Shown one piece after another: positions 33,544-43,559 of a stretch of 64,000 bases of DNA (position 1 is its first letter; every line of letters starts with the position of its first letter). The stretch lies in IMG/VR virus record IMGVR_UViG_3300009136_000002, positions 11,156 through 75,155 of that record. One strand, written 5' to 3'. The stretch is from a virus. The translations under genes were made by a program, and so were the position numbers. The notes beneath the pieces are model-generated. The model did no database searches and was not told where the DNA came from. It saw only the letters and a list, made by a program, of their open reading frames with translations.

Positions 33544-34273
33544 GTACCTTGAGCCAGGGCAGCGTGTCCTGATTCGATTCGGTCATGGCTGGGGCGATAC
33601 CCTGATGTTCATGCCGATCTTCGAGCGGCTGCAGGATCTCTACGCTGATGTGCATTTCGATCTGTATCTCGAATGTGGTCAGGAATGTATTTTCGAGTCA
33701 TTTCCGGATAAAGAGGGGCCGGATCACGATTACGTTTTCCACCTTGATTTTCCTATGTCGGAGGGATCTGGACTCACTAAAGCGCAGAAATGCTGCGTGG
33801 ATGAGCTTGGAATTGATCCTTTATCTGAAATTGCGGCTTTGCCGAAGAAACCATCGCCGATTGTTTCAGTCCATTTTCAAGGTACGGCCTTACCGAATTC
33901 GGTCAACTGTCCAGAGGAGGTAGCGCGAAAAGTATGGCAGGAGGTTTTGGATGCTGGAAAAATTCCCGTTGAAGCCCATTTTAGGCATTTGTTTCACAAT
34001 CCTGCTAATACTCGCTATGGGTTTATTGATCGTCATGTACGGTATTGTAATGCTAATTTGTCTAATCTCATCGGTCTTATACAAGTATCTTTCGCCTTTG
34101 TCGGAATTGCTTCTGGCCCTCTTGTTACTGCTCTATCAGTCATGCCGACAAGGACGTTTTACCTGGAGAGGAATCACAAGATTACGGATTATGTAAAGCA
34201 CCTGGACGTTAAGGCAGTTCATGTAGATCACTACGAGGATGGGATGGTGAGTGAATGGCTGACTACGCTATGA
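33509..34273 (+). CDS. Second GT9-like glycosyltransferase
   Basis: HGWGDTLMF.P, VSVHFQG, FVGIASGPL..A. Confidence 0.75.
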   Translation: MIGEYHEKKLVEYLEPGQRVLIRFGHGWGDTLMFMPIFERLQDLYADVHFDLYLECGQECIFESFPDKEGPDHDYVFHLDFPMSEGSGLTKAQKCCVDELGIDPLSEIAALPKKPSPIVSVHFQGTALPNSVNCPEEVARKVWQEVLDAGKIPVEAHFRHLFHNPANTRYGFIDRHVRYCNANLSNLIGLIQVSFAFVGIASGPLVTALSVMPTRTFYLERNHKITDYVKHLDVKAVHVDHYEDGMVSEWLTTL

Positions 34274-35145
34274 TTTTCAGTACCACTAGAGGCTATATGC
34301 CAGGAACGAATGGCATTTTAAATGCAATGGAATACTACGGCATGACTCACATTGATGTCTATGTGATCCAGGTAAATTTCGAGCTAGATCAGGAATACAA
34401 AGATCAATGGCCTAATGTGAATTTCGAGGTCATTGACCCTACCATGTGGCACGAGCCAAAGAATGCCGGATGGTATTGCCGATTCGCACCACCCTGGAGA
34501 GCCATTCAGCTACTCGATCAGTACAAGGTCGTCAACATTCACGGAGCCGATGTCTGCCCGCTTAAAGATGTCACCATGTACTACGACTTGTCGGCAAAGA
34601 CAGGCCAGATCATTGTCGGCACAAATGAGCAAGGCTGCGCTGATTATTCACGAATGACTGAGAAGGGGAAACACCCTTACGTCCATACCTGGATGATCCC
34701 TTACGCTGATATACCGTGCTTTGTTACTCGACATCAAAAGGCGGTTTTGGAGCTGGTTCTTGATCTTCACCGGAGGCCTGATTGCACCTTGAGTTGGATG
34801 GATGCACTCAACTATGCCTTGCGGGATCTCGAACAAGAGCCCATTGCGCTCCCTGGCAACCTGTGGGTTTTCAATCTTAGCTCCCAGGGCAAGGTGAGGA
34901 GAGAGGGAGACAAGATTTTCTATCTCGACCAGCAAATGAACCAGTTTCACAGGAAATACTGGATTGCTAACTTTTGCAGAAAGTACCTGGCTCCGAATAG
35001 TCCTAACTGCGGCCACAACCACCTGATCTTTAATCAGATGTGGAATTTTTTCAATAGAGAATGTCGAGTACAATGGCTAGAGGGCTTGGAAGTATGGGAC
35101 GGAGTACATCAGTCACAATCATTGGAACACGGCCCCAATTCATAA
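34255..35145 (+). CDS. GT-A (GT8-like) glycosyltransferase
   Basis: Y..G...ILNA, YCRF, HGAD (DxD variant), MDALNY, LPG..W, FH.KYW; paralogous to 36124-37038. Confidence 0.7.
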   Translation: MADYAMIFSTTRGYMPGTNGILNAMEYYGMTHIDVYVIQVNFELDQEYKDQWPNVNFEVIDPTMWHEPKNAGWYCRFAPPWRAIQLLDQYKVVNIHGADVCPLKDVTMYYDLSAKTGQIIVGTNEQGCADYSRMTEKGKHPYVHTWMIPYADIPCFVTRHQKAVLELVLDLHRRPDCTLSWMDALNYALRDLEQEPIALPGNLWVFNLSSQGKVRREGDKIFYLDQQMNQFHRKYWIANFCRKYLAPNSPNCGHNHLIFNQMWNFFNRECRVQWLEGLEVWDGVHQSQSLEHGPNS

Positions 35146-36134
35146 AAGCAGCCTCAATCAACTTCGATGAAGATAAGGTCGATAACTTCCTGGTTCACAC
35201 AGGCCAGCATTACGATTATGGTCTGTCCAGGCAGTTTTGGAAACTGAGAAAGAAAGAGCCGGATCAGGTACTCAACTGTGCCAGCCATGATCCGACGATC
35301 CAGATGAAGTTGATGCTGGATCAAATCGCGCCGATCCTGATCCATAGGAAACCCGACTATGTGATCGTGGTCGGCGATTGTAATTCTACCCTGGGTGGTG
35401 CTTTAACTGCGGAGCTACTGAAAATTCCGGTCATTCACATAGAGGCTGGATTAAGGTCGTTCGATTGGACTATGCCGGAGGAAAGAAACCGTTACCTGAC
35501 GGATCACCTAGCCCAGGTGAATTTCTGTGTGACAGCCGAAAACAAGAGGCAGATCGAGAGGGAAACACATTTCCCCAGGCCCATGATGCAGCAATGGTAT
35601 GGCTCACCGCCGAATCATAACTATGTGGTCGGTGACACGCTTTATGATTCGATGATGTCCTTCATAGATGAAACCGTACCGATGCTGGGTGACTATTTCC
35701 TGGCAACAGTACACAGGGAAGCGAACGCAAATGAGCATATTGAGGAAATTCTGGATGCCCTGAATTCACTCGAACAGAGGGTCATTTTCCCCAAGCATCC
35801 ACGCATTAAGCTGGAGAAAGAATATAAGAATATCGAAGTATTGAAACCAGTTGATTATGTCACGATGTTAAGCCTACAGCTTGGCGCTGATATGATCTTT
35901 ACCGACTCCGGCGGTGTTGGCCGTGAAGCTGTGTGGCTCGGCAAGCGATGTGTGATGCTGAGGGGAAATACTGAATTCCCTGAATTTGTTCATTCAGGCC
36001 ATGTGGTACTGGCTGGTCACAGCAAGGAAGCTATAGTCGATGCTCAATTCGCGCATTGGCCCTCTGAGCCCTGCGATCACGGACAGGATGGCAACGCTGG
36101 AGCGAGGATAGCGGAGGTTATCTATGGGCTCTAA
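35094..36134 (+). CDS. wecB: UDP-N-acetylglucosamine 2-epimerase (non-hydrolysing)
   Basis: GTRPQFIK, HTGQHYD, VGD.NSTL, HIEAGLRSFD..MPEE.NR, TVHRE, HPR, TDSGG. Start at 35061 is also possible. Confidence 0.93.
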   Translation: MGRSTSVTIIGTRPQFIKAASINFDEDKVDNFLVHTGQHYDYGLSRQFWKLRKKEPDQVLNCASHDPTIQMKLMLDQIAPILIHRKPDYVIVVGDCNSTLGGALTAELLKIPVIHIEAGLRSFDWTMPEERNRYLTDHLAQVNFCVTAENKRQIERETHFPRPMMQQWYGSPPNHNYVVGDTLYDSMMSFIDETVPMLGDYFLATVHREANANEHIEEILDALNSLEQRVIFPKHPRIKLEKEYKNIEVLKPVDYVTMLSLQLGADMIFTDSGGVGREAVWLGKRCVMLRGNTEFPEFVHSGHVVLAGHSKEAIVDAQFAHWPSEPCDHGQDGNAGARIAEVIYGL

Positions 36135-37038
36135 CTACGCTTACATTGTAGCCGCCAGCGAGAATTACATTCCTGGCCTGATGGCAATGTTCAACAGCAT
36201 GGAGCGGATCGGCAGTACGCACGATGTCATTCTAATTTCGTTCCGATTGCCGGATTGGTTCTTTGAGGATCTGGAACAAAGAGCTTATCCATTTCACATA
36301 AAGCTGGTTGATTCTGAGGGTGAAAATCAGATCCATCAGACAGCCATTGAGCGTTTCCGCGTGGCCTGTGAGGTCGGCACTACCTATGATGCCATTTGCT
36401 TGCTGGACGCGGATATGTGGGTCGAGGCTAATGTAGATGTGTTCTTCCTGGCTGCGAGTAAGGGACTGATCGTTACTGGCAGTAACGGCATGATTATCAA
36501 CTTCAACAAAGCCTACCAGGAACAATACCAATGCTTTCTTGAGGCTGATGAGTGGCCGTATCCGCAGATCCATACGACTGTGCCGATCTTCATAGATACT
36601 CGCAACTTCGATTGGTTCGATGAGCTTTATAAGTCCAGGCGGGTAGATGCCTGGGATGATTTCCTGTACCTGAATCTCCTGGGGATCAAGCTCCGCAAGT
36701 ACGAGAAGATGATCTGTATGCCGCCATACGCCTTCACCGGAATTCATCATTGGCAGATGAAGCCGGAAACGGGAGTGATTGAGAAGGGTGATCTACTACT
36801 CTCCGGCACAGAAGAACAAGTCTACATGGTGCATGGTAAATGGTGGGATGAGGGCTGGCTGCAGGATCTCTTGCCAACAATGGCAGGATATTGGCTCGAT
36901 GAAGGGATTAGTGAAAGAGGACAAGGAAGAACACATAATGCAATTAACTCCCTACTAAACCGTTTTCGCAGCTTGGTACAAGAAGGAGATCAATCATGGC
37001 AAACATTATTACAAGAGGGGGCGCTTTTCTTACCCTAA
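36124..37038 (+). CDS. GT-A (GT8-like) glycosyltransferase
   Basis: ASENY.PG...MFNS, ERF, LLDADM (DxD), LN.L, VHGKWW. Confidence 0.75.
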   Translation: MGSNYAYIVAASENYIPGLMAMFNSMERIGSTHDVILISFRLPDWFFEDLEQRAYPFHIKLVDSEGENQIHQTAIERFRVACEVGTTYDAICLLDADMWVEANVDVFFLAASKGLIVTGSNGMIINFNKAYQEQYQCFLEADEWPYPQIHTTVPIFIDTRNFDWFDELYKSRRVDAWDDFLYLNLLGIKLRKYEKMICMPPYAFTGIHHWQMKPETGVIEKGDLLLSGTEEQVYMVHGKWWDEGWLQDLLPTMAGYWLDEGISERGQGRTHNAINSLLNRFRSLVQEGDQSWQTLLQEGALFLP

Positions 37039-37316
37039 CCTCGATAGATACTGATGTTACGGCCTTTGATCTGTGGCCGGAACAATCCGTGGCTGGCATT
37101 CCAATTATCAGCATTGATTTCACAATTTCAGCCGGAACGGATAAATGTGTTATCAGGGAAGGATCGCTGACAGGCCCGATAATCTTCTCGAACATAGCGG
37201 GTGAACACGTTATCAAACCATTTGGCGGAAAACCTGTGCGGCCATGCCTGGACGTTTCAGAGGGCAGCTATGGTGCTACAGCCGCGCTAATCATTCACAT
37301 CGGCGATACCGGATAA
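36996..37316 (+). CDS. Hypothetical small beta-rich protein
   Basis: 106 aa, AAGGAG SD. Confidence 0.65.
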   Translation: MANIITRGGAFLTLTSIDTDVTAFDLWPEQSVAGIPIISIDFTISAGTDKCVIREGSLTGPIIFSNIAGEHVIKPFGGKPVRPCLDVSEGSYGATAALIIHIGDTG

Positions 37317-37795
37317 TGGCTAAACCTAGAGACAGCGCAGGGAAAAAGAATTCCCATGCACGGCAACACCTGTTCCTTCAAGATCACGTTGTAGACGAGA
37401 TCAGGATTAAGGAAATCGCTGAGAAAAGCGGTGTTGACTATGATCGCGTTGCCAAGTTACTGCGGGAATTGACAGGCCAGGACATTTCCAAGGAGCTACT
37501 GAAAAGCTCCTGGGATCTCATTAGGGTGCTACTTGCCGAAGCTGTAGAGTTGCGTGATCGAGTGATGATGATGCACATTATCAACGAGATCATAAAGCGC
37601 AAGGAGCCCAAACAGAGCCAGATCAAGACTGAGGGTGTAGTCGATCACAAGGTCATGGTACTGGTGCAACAATTCGAGGATAAAACCCTTGAGGATCTCA
37701 TCGCAAGAAGAGAATCTATTACCGTGGGAGAAGGAAAAGCTCGACCAGCTAGAGCTATCCCTGATCGACGCGGTACTGGAAAAGAGAAATCCTGA
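37316..37795 (+). CDS. Probable terminase small subunit
   Basis: HTH (IKEIAEKSGVDYDRVAKLL), helical core, position directly before TerL; start MAKPR. Confidence 0.6.
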   Translation: MAKPRDSAGKKNSHARQHLFLQDHVVDEIRIKEIAEKSGVDYDRVAKLLRELTGQDISKELLKSSWDLIRVLLAEAVELRDRVMMMHIINEIIKRKEPKQSQIKTEGVVDHKVMVLVQQFEDKTLEDLIARRESITVGEGKARPARAIPDRRGTGKEKS

Positions 37796-39329
37796 TCTTC
37801 TCTACGAGCTAAAGATCGAGCCATACAAGGCCGATCCGCTGGGGTTCGCCAGGGAAGTAATCGGCATGGAGCCGACTGAGGAGCAAGTCAAATTGCTCAC
37901 GGCGATCCAGGCTGGCGATCATGTATCTGCGCGATCAGGCCGTGGAATCGGCAAGACTACAGGCCTTGCAATGGTGATTTGGTGGTACATGGTTACTAAG
38001 CCTCATTGTCGTATTCCCTGTACCGCACCAACTGAGAACCAACTGCGTGACGTTCTATGGGCGGAGCTGACGAAACAGCACCGACAGATGGACGAATACT
38101 TTGCTGACTTTTTTGAACTTACTACCGACAGGATCTTTCATAAAGAGCATAAAGCAACGTGGTTCGCCGTTGCTAGAACCGCACGGAAAGAGGCTTCCGA
38201 ATCTTTTCAGGGTTTTCACGAAGAGAACATGATGTTTGTTGTCGATGAGGCCAGCGGTGTGCCGGATGAAATCTTCGAGATCCTAGAGGGCGCAATGACC
38301 GATCTCGGTAACAAGGCGCTCCTGGTCGGCAACCCGACTAGGACTTTCGGTTTCTTTCATTCTACCCACCATGAATATGCAGATAAGCCCTGGAAGGTGT
38401 TCCATTTCAGTAGCGAAGATTCAGAATTGGTTAAGAGGAATCCGCAATGGCTGGAAAACATGGCTGATCGCCCAGGCGGTAAAACTTCTAATTTTTATCG
38501 TGTTCATGTACTCGGTGAGTTTCCCATTGAAGATGATTCGACTGTCATTCCATTGCCCTGGATAGTCGCGGCTGTTGACCGCGAGATCGAATACATCAAG
38601 CCGCTATCAAACAGGCCAGTTGATTCAGTCGGTGTCGATATAGCTGCTGGGGGAGACAACGATACGGTTTTCTGTTTCATAAAAGGTGTTCGAGTTATCG
38701 GCCTTGTTGCTTATGAGAAGGAAGAAAGTATGAAGGCGGCTGGCCGGATCGCTGGTCTGACACGCAGAGGGCCGGAGACTCGGAAGTATAAAGGCAGACG
38801 CAGACCGATTGAGCCGGAGCTTATCCGAATTGATGTCTGTGGTGTTGGCATCGGAGTCTATGAAAGGCTCTTGGAGCAAGGCCTTGATGTGATGGGAATT
38901 GATGTGCGTGAAGCTACGAGCGATCCCACATTGTACGTCAACAAACGATCTGAGCTTTATTGGAAGTTAAGAGAGCATTTTGAGAGCGGGATGATAAGCA
39001 TTCCCAATGACAAGGTTCTTATCCGTGAGCTGGCATCAATCAAGTATGAGCTGGACTCGCGGGGAAGAATCTTGATCTGGAGTAAGCAGAGGATGAAGAA
39101 AGAAGGCATCAAGTCGCCGGACAGGGCGGAGGCTCTGATGCTGGCTTTCGCTGATTACTATCCAGACATAGAGAAGAATAAGCCGAAGTCATGGCAGCAG
39201 AAATGGATCGACCATACAGAGAAGAAGCCCGAAACAGATCCCTGGGAGAAGTACGCTCAGAAAGCAATGAAAGAAGATATAGGCGACATGATGTATTTCA
39301 ATGATGAGATTGCGGAGTCTATATGGTGA
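37689..39329 (+). CDS. terL: Terminase large subunit
   Basis: Walker A SGRGIGKT, TAPT..Q, Walker B VVDEASG, GNP, nuclease GVDIA..G.D and SPDRAEA. Confidence 0.95.
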   Translation: MRISSQEENLLPWEKEKLDQLELSLIDAVLEKRNPDLLYELKIEPYKADPLGFAREVIGMEPTEEQVKLLTAIQAGDHVSARSGRGIGKTTGLAMVIWWYMVTKPHCRIPCTAPTENQLRDVLWAELTKQHRQMDEYFADFFELTTDRIFHKEHKATWFAVARTARKEASESFQGFHEENMMFVVDEASGVPDEIFEILEGAMTDLGNKALLVGNPTRTFGFFHSTHHEYADKPWKVFHFSSEDSELVKRNPQWLENMADRPGGKTSNFYRVHVLGEFPIEDDSTVIPLPWIVAAVDREIEYIKPLSNRPVDSVGVDIAAGGDNDTVFCFIKGVRVIGLVAYEKEESMKAAGRIAGLTRRGPETRKYKGRRRPIEPELIRIDVCGVGIGVYERLLEQGLDVMGIDVREATSDPTLYVNKRSELYWKLREHFESGMISIPNDKVLIRELASIKYELDSRGRILIWSKQRMKKEGIKSPDRAEALMLAFADYYPDIEKNKPKSWQQKWIDHTEKKPETDPWEKYAQKAMKEDIGDMMYFNDEIAESIW

Positions 39330-39589
39330 ATCCTGTAATTGTTCAAGCCTTAATCCTTGTTGGCATGGGGATAATCGTAGCGATTGTCCTCATTTTTTTT
39401 GGCTTTCTCCTGGGTAGAAGAACCCAGGGTGAAGAAACACTCCCTATGACAGGTTTGTTCGGCCTCGACGATAAACCGCTAGAGGAAGATGTCTTTGAAA
39501 AGGCTCTTCGTTCACCGGAAGAGGGCGGTTACACGGACGAGGAATTGGATGAAATGGCTAGGGCTAGACCTTATGAGGGGATGCAATGA
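39323..39589 (+). CDS. Small protein with N-terminal transmembrane helix
   Basis: LILVGMGIIVAIVLIFFGFLLGRR, then an acidic tail. Confidence 0.7.
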   Translation: MVNPVIVQALILVGMGIIVAIVLIFFGFLLGRRTQGEETLPMTGLFGLDDKPLEEDVFEKALRSPEEGGYTDEELDEMARARPYEGMQ

Positions 39590-40053
39590 GTTTAGTAGCG
39601 GAAGTCCAAGAGTTTCAAGAAACTAAGCGGGAATTCAAGGTTGCGTGTGCGAAATGTAGGCTGTGGATAGCCAATGCCAAGGCAGAAAATCTGGATCTGC
39701 CTCTCAGGGGCTCGATGTTCGAGCGGAGAGTTGGCTGTGAGCATTGGCAGATGCCAGAACCAGATGCAACGGGAATGGGTCTGATCTGTCCACAATCCGT
39801 TAGCGAGGATCAGTACGACCAGCACCTCTTCATCCCCCACATCGCTGGCAGAGAATTAGAAGCCAACGAGCTGTATGTCTATCAGTCGAGTGAGATATTT
39901 ATCGTTGAAGAGAAAGAGGAGCCAGAACTGGAAGTAGACCTTGAACTTTGTGCCTGTGGTTGCGAAATGGAAGCTGTTAGAGATCACAAGAATGGAAATA
40001 GGTATGCAACCGTGGGCTGTCATACACGATGGGTCTATCAACAAGAGGAATAG
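39586..40053 (+). CDS. Cys-rich hypothetical protein
   Basis: CAKC, ICP, CACGC motifs. Confidence 0.7.
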   Translation: MSLVAEVQEFQETKREFKVACAKCRLWIANAKAENLDLPLRGSMFERRVGCEHWQMPEPDATGMGLICPQSVSEDQYDQHLFIPHIAGRELEANELYVYQSSEIFIVEEKEEPELEVDLELCACGCEMEAVRDHKNGNRYATVGCHTRWVYQQEE

Positions 40054-40065
40054 GAGTTGACAAAA

Positions 40066-42066
40066 ATGGCAACTGTAGAGAGTAAATTGGCAAGGTTGGC
40101 AGCGCCCGATCTCGATGAAAAGGAGCGTCAACAGATCAATAGCCTTTTGCCGCCGGATGGCGACAAGAGTGTCGGCCACGTTGCCTTTGCAATCCTTGAA
40201 CGGATTATCAAGGACAAGGACAGGAAGCGCCTACCTCAGAAATGGCATCGGAATTACGAAATGTATAGGAATCATCATTGGCGCTCCGGTGCGTCTGCTC
40301 CCATCCCCCTGGCCTCTATCAGCCTTGTGAATTCCCACATAGAGCGCACGGTCAACTTGCTCACGGATAACAATCCGACCTTCGATGTTATTGGTGAGAA
40401 TGATGATATGGCTGACAGCCTTCACAAGATGGCTCGGTACTGGTGGAACGAGACTGAGCAGCAAGACATCTATGGTGACTCCGTGAAGATGGCAGAGGTT
40501 CATGGATGCACCATCGAGAAGGTGATATTCAATCCGGCACTCAACAATGGCCTGGGTGAAGTCGAGACTATCGTAGTCGATCCACACAACTTCGGCTTTT
40601 GGCCGTTAAATGAGAAGAGAGCTGAGAAATGGGAAGTAGCGGCACACTACTACACCATGCCGATAAATCAGGTTCGTCGTAAATGGCCGGAAATGAAGGA
40701 AGTAGTCAAGCCTGATACCAAATGGAAAGAGCAACTTGGAGACAAGAGGCGCGAGGTAGTGGGCGGGAGTGTAAGGCCATTGCCAACTGGAGTTGGCGGT
40801 GACTTCGCCCAGGATCACGCCATCATGCACGGCAACCCTGCAGTAATGAAAATCATGGGTCGTGGTGATGAGGTTTTGATTTTAGAGCTATGGGTCAAGG
40901 ATTACAGTCTAATCGAAGTCGAGCAACAGGGAGCGACCATTGAGCTGGATCTAAGTACAGGGATCGTGGGAACGACAGAGCCAGCAATAGTGGAGAAAGT
41001 CCCTAAGTACCCAGGCTTTGTTCGTGTCGTTACCTCTTGTAACGGTGGTGACGTTATTCTTAACGATAGAAAGAATCCCAGCATCAATCCGACTTTGCCA
41101 GAAGAAAAAGTAGCAATGACCTTCTTATTCAATAGATTTCCTTTTACTTTAACTCCTTCGACGAAAGATCCTGTAACACCCTGGGGCTATGCAGCTATCG
41201 AGCAACTAGAACAAATCAACATAGAGATCGACAAGTCCATGAGCCAGCTAAACTACATGAAGGATCGCATGGCTCGATCACCGCTTATCAACCCGAAAGA
41301 CACCATGATCCCCAACTCTGATTTCAGCAACGCAGCCCGTATTGTGAGGCCGAAGAATAGCGTTGTTGCCAAGGCGATTAGATACATGGAGAGCCCCCCC
41401 GTTCAAAACGATATTCAGATCATCCTCAATACCTATCGTGAGCTTTTTGACAAGATCGCCGGAACCTTTGACCTTACCGATCCTTCTGTAATGAAGGGTC
41501 GTCTAGCCTTTAAGACTGTCGCGGCAATCCTAGAGAATATGCACACTCTCATCAGGGGTAAGATCAGAACCTATGGCCGGATGCTGCGTGATCGAGGCAG
41601 AATGTATATCTCGCACGTTCAAAACTGGTACACAGAGGAAAGATACTTCTTCCTGCAAGAGGATGGGATGCCAACGCAGGGTAGCTTGGTCGGGCCTGAC
41701 TCAATCACTCCTCTGCATTTCCAGGTTGTTAGCGGTTCAACTATGCCAACTTCCAGGCTGCAACAGAGAGAAGAAGCGTTGCAGCTCTTCGAGGCCGGAG
41801 CCATAGGGATCAGGGATCTCCTTGAGTCTCTGGAATGGCCGGATCGCGCTGAGATTGCCAATAGGATGGAAGCGGGAGTTATGGGGCCGCTGATCGAAAA
41901 GATGCAAGCTCTTGGCGTAGATCCACAAGCCATAGAGGTTGTTCAAGAGATAGCCAACATGGATGAAAGCACCTACAACGCTTACGTCCAGCAAGTCAAA
42001 GAGCTGCAGGGTGAACAGGCTCAAGGCGCAGCACCCGCCCTACCAGCGCCAGGAGGAGGAGCGTAA
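40066..42066 (+). CDS. Portal protein (P22-like)
   Basis: Position after TerL, ~666 aa; W.RNYEMY...HW, L.DNNP, VVDP.NF, PWG..AIEQL..I..EI.K, V.SGST.P motifs. Confidence 0.85.
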   Translation: MATVESKLARLAAPDLDEKERQQINSLLPPDGDKSVGHVAFAILERIIKDKDRKRLPQKWHRNYEMYRNHHWRSGASAPIPLASISLVNSHIERTVNLLTDNNPTFDVIGENDDMADSLHKMARYWWNETEQQDIYGDSVKMAEVHGCTIEKVIFNPALNNGLGEVETIVVDPHNFGFWPLNEKRAEKWEVAAHYYTMPINQVRRKWPEMKEVVKPDTKWKEQLGDKRREVVGGSVRPLPTGVGGDFAQDHAIMHGNPAVMKIMGRGDEVLILELWVKDYSLIEVEQQGATIELDLSTGIVGTTEPAIVEKVPKYPGFVRVVTSCNGGDVILNDRKNPSINPTLPEEKVAMTFLFNRFPFTLTPSTKDPVTPWGYAAIEQLEQINIEIDKSMSQLNYMKDRMARSPLINPKDTMIPNSDFSNAARIVRPKNSVVAKAIRYMESPPVQNDIQIILNTYRELFDKIAGTFDLTDPSVMKGRLAFKTVAAILENMHTLIRGKIRTYGRMLRDRGRMYISHVQNWYTEERYFFLQEDGMPTQGSLVGPDSITPLHFQVVSGSTMPTSRLQQREEALQLFEAGAIGIRDLLESLEWPDRAEIANRMEAGVMGPLIEKMQALGVDPQAIEVVQEIANMDESTYNAYVQQVKELQGEQAQGAAPALPAPGGGA

Positions 42067-42386
42067 TGCCGTTGTATGACTATGAGTGTACTAATTGTAA
42101 GACGGAAATAGAGCTGCACACAGGCATGGAAGAGATCCCGCGCTGCAAAACCTGTCTCGGTGATATGAGAAGGTTAATCAGCATGGGTCATGGCGCACAC
42201 AAGCGTAGTGATGCGCCTTGGATTCGCTCTGTGAACGGCTATCTGAATGATAAGGAATTTGTTGAAAAGGGTAGAGTCCCATTTATCGAAACCAGGGAGC
42301 AAGCCCGCGCTCAGATCGAGCGAGAGTATTCAGATCCACACCCAAGGGTACAGGAACTCAAGAGAGAGTACCTGGATAGATTTTAG
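42066..42386 (+). CDS. FmdB-like zinc-ribbon protein
   Basis: MPLYDYECTNC...CKTC...MRRLIS. Confidence 0.85.
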   Translation: MPLYDYECTNCKTEIELHTGMEEIPRCKTCLGDMRRLISMGHGAHKRSDAPWIRSVNGYLNDKEFVEKGRVPFIETREQARAQIEREYSDPHPRVQELKREYLDRF

Positions 42387-42395
42387 GGGGTCAGT

Positions 42396-42656
42396 ATGCC
42401 AACTATACTAGAAGGCGTTTCAAAGCCAGATGTCGGCACAAGGCCACGGAGAATCAAGGCCGCTCCAAGCGTAAAACGTGCGGTGGAATTGAGAAAAAAG
42501 AAAGAGGCTGGGAGCTTGCGCCATCAAATTGATGTGATGAAGGCTGCGGGTGTTCCAGATCCAGAGATCGAGGAGTACATTAGAAAAGAATTTGCCAAGC
42601 GCGATGAGGACAGAGTAAGGCGCGAAGCTGCGGAAAGACTTGGCACACCACCATAG
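42396..42656 (+). CDS. Small basic protein ending GTPP
   Basis: 86 aa; C-terminal half similar to 43560-44114. Confidence 0.7.
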   Translation: MPTILEGVSKPDVGTRPRRIKAAPSVKRAVELRKKKEAGSLRHQIDVMKAAGVPDPEIEEYIRKEFAKRDEDRVRREAAERLGTPP

Positions 42657-42665
42657 GAGTCCACG

Positions 42666-42827
42666 ATGCCTAGTCCAAGCAAGGGAGAGAAGCGAGAGGA
42701 TTTTGTTGGTCGCTGCATCAGCACCTTGCGCCATGAAGGTGACGAGCGCGACAACCGAATACTAGCTGGTAAATGCTATGGCATTTACGATAATTGGAAA
42801 AAGAAGGGGGGGAAGAAAAATGGCTGA
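42666..42827 (+). CDS. Small hypothetical protein (53 aa)
   Basis: MPSPSKGEKREDFVGRCI...AGKCYGIY; AGGAG SD; not in the track. Confidence 0.7.
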   Translation: MPSPSKGEKREDFVGRCISTLRHEGDERDNRILAGKCYGIYDNWKKKGGKKNG

Positions 42828-43557
42828 AAAGAAAACCATCGGCGGTTTAGGGCAGAAAACTCCAGGGCAAATGTCGAGGCAAAGCGTCGATGTAAAAACT
42901 GGAAAACCCAAAGCTGGCCCATCGTACTGGCAGAGGCTCAAGAAATATGCCACTCGTCACGAAAGACCGGAGAGAGAGCCACGAACCATGAGTGAGCGCC
43001 TGGGGCAAGTAAGCAGAACGGCTCAACGCACCTTTCCCCGCGAACCAGAAACTAGGCCAGAAGGGATTATCGACATTCGTGAACAAGCTGCGAGGGGAAA
43101 AGGCCCAGCGTTGAAAGCACAGAAAGGAACCGCAGCCGCAGCCGTGAGAAGAAGGAGGCTGTCCCTCGAAGAGAAGCAAAGAAAGGGTATGCGTGTAACT
43201 GGAGCTGATGTTCCCTCGGCTGTACCAAAAGCGCAAAGGGAAGTCTCCACTAAGGTAGGCGAAATCAAACGAACAGAAGGCGCTACTGAGGGACATCTTG
43301 GAAAGTTTGTGGGCCGTGGATATAAGCCGCCGCCACCCAAGCCAAAAGCCAAACCCAGGCCAAGGGCAAAGCCCAAGCCAACCCCGAAGAAATCCTGGCT
43401 GGATAAGTTGATAGAAGGAACACAAAAGTTGAGTGCGGAAGCGACAGCCGATGCACGAAAATACGAAGAAAGAAAGGCTGGCAAGAAGAAAGACGTAAGG
43501 AAAGTTCAAAAGAAACTTGAGAAGTTACCGCCCAAGCCGCCCAAGAGAAGGAGATAG
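42820..43557 (+). CDS. Very basic, K/R/P-rich disordered protein
   Basis: Start MAEKK; KPKAKPRPRAKPKP tract. Confidence 0.7.
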   Translation: MAEKKTIGGLGQKTPGQMSRQSVDVKTGKPKAGPSYWQRLKKYATRHERPEREPRTMSERLGQVSRTAQRTFPREPETRPEGIIDIREQAARGKGPALKAQKGTAAAAVRRRRLSLEEKQRKGMRVTGADVPSAVPKAQREVSTKVGEIKRTEGATEGHLGKFVGRGYKPPPPKPKAKPRPRAKPKPTPKKSWLDKLIEGTQKLSAEATADARKYEERKAGKKKDVRKVQKKLEKLPPKPPKRRR

Positions 43558-43559
43558 TC

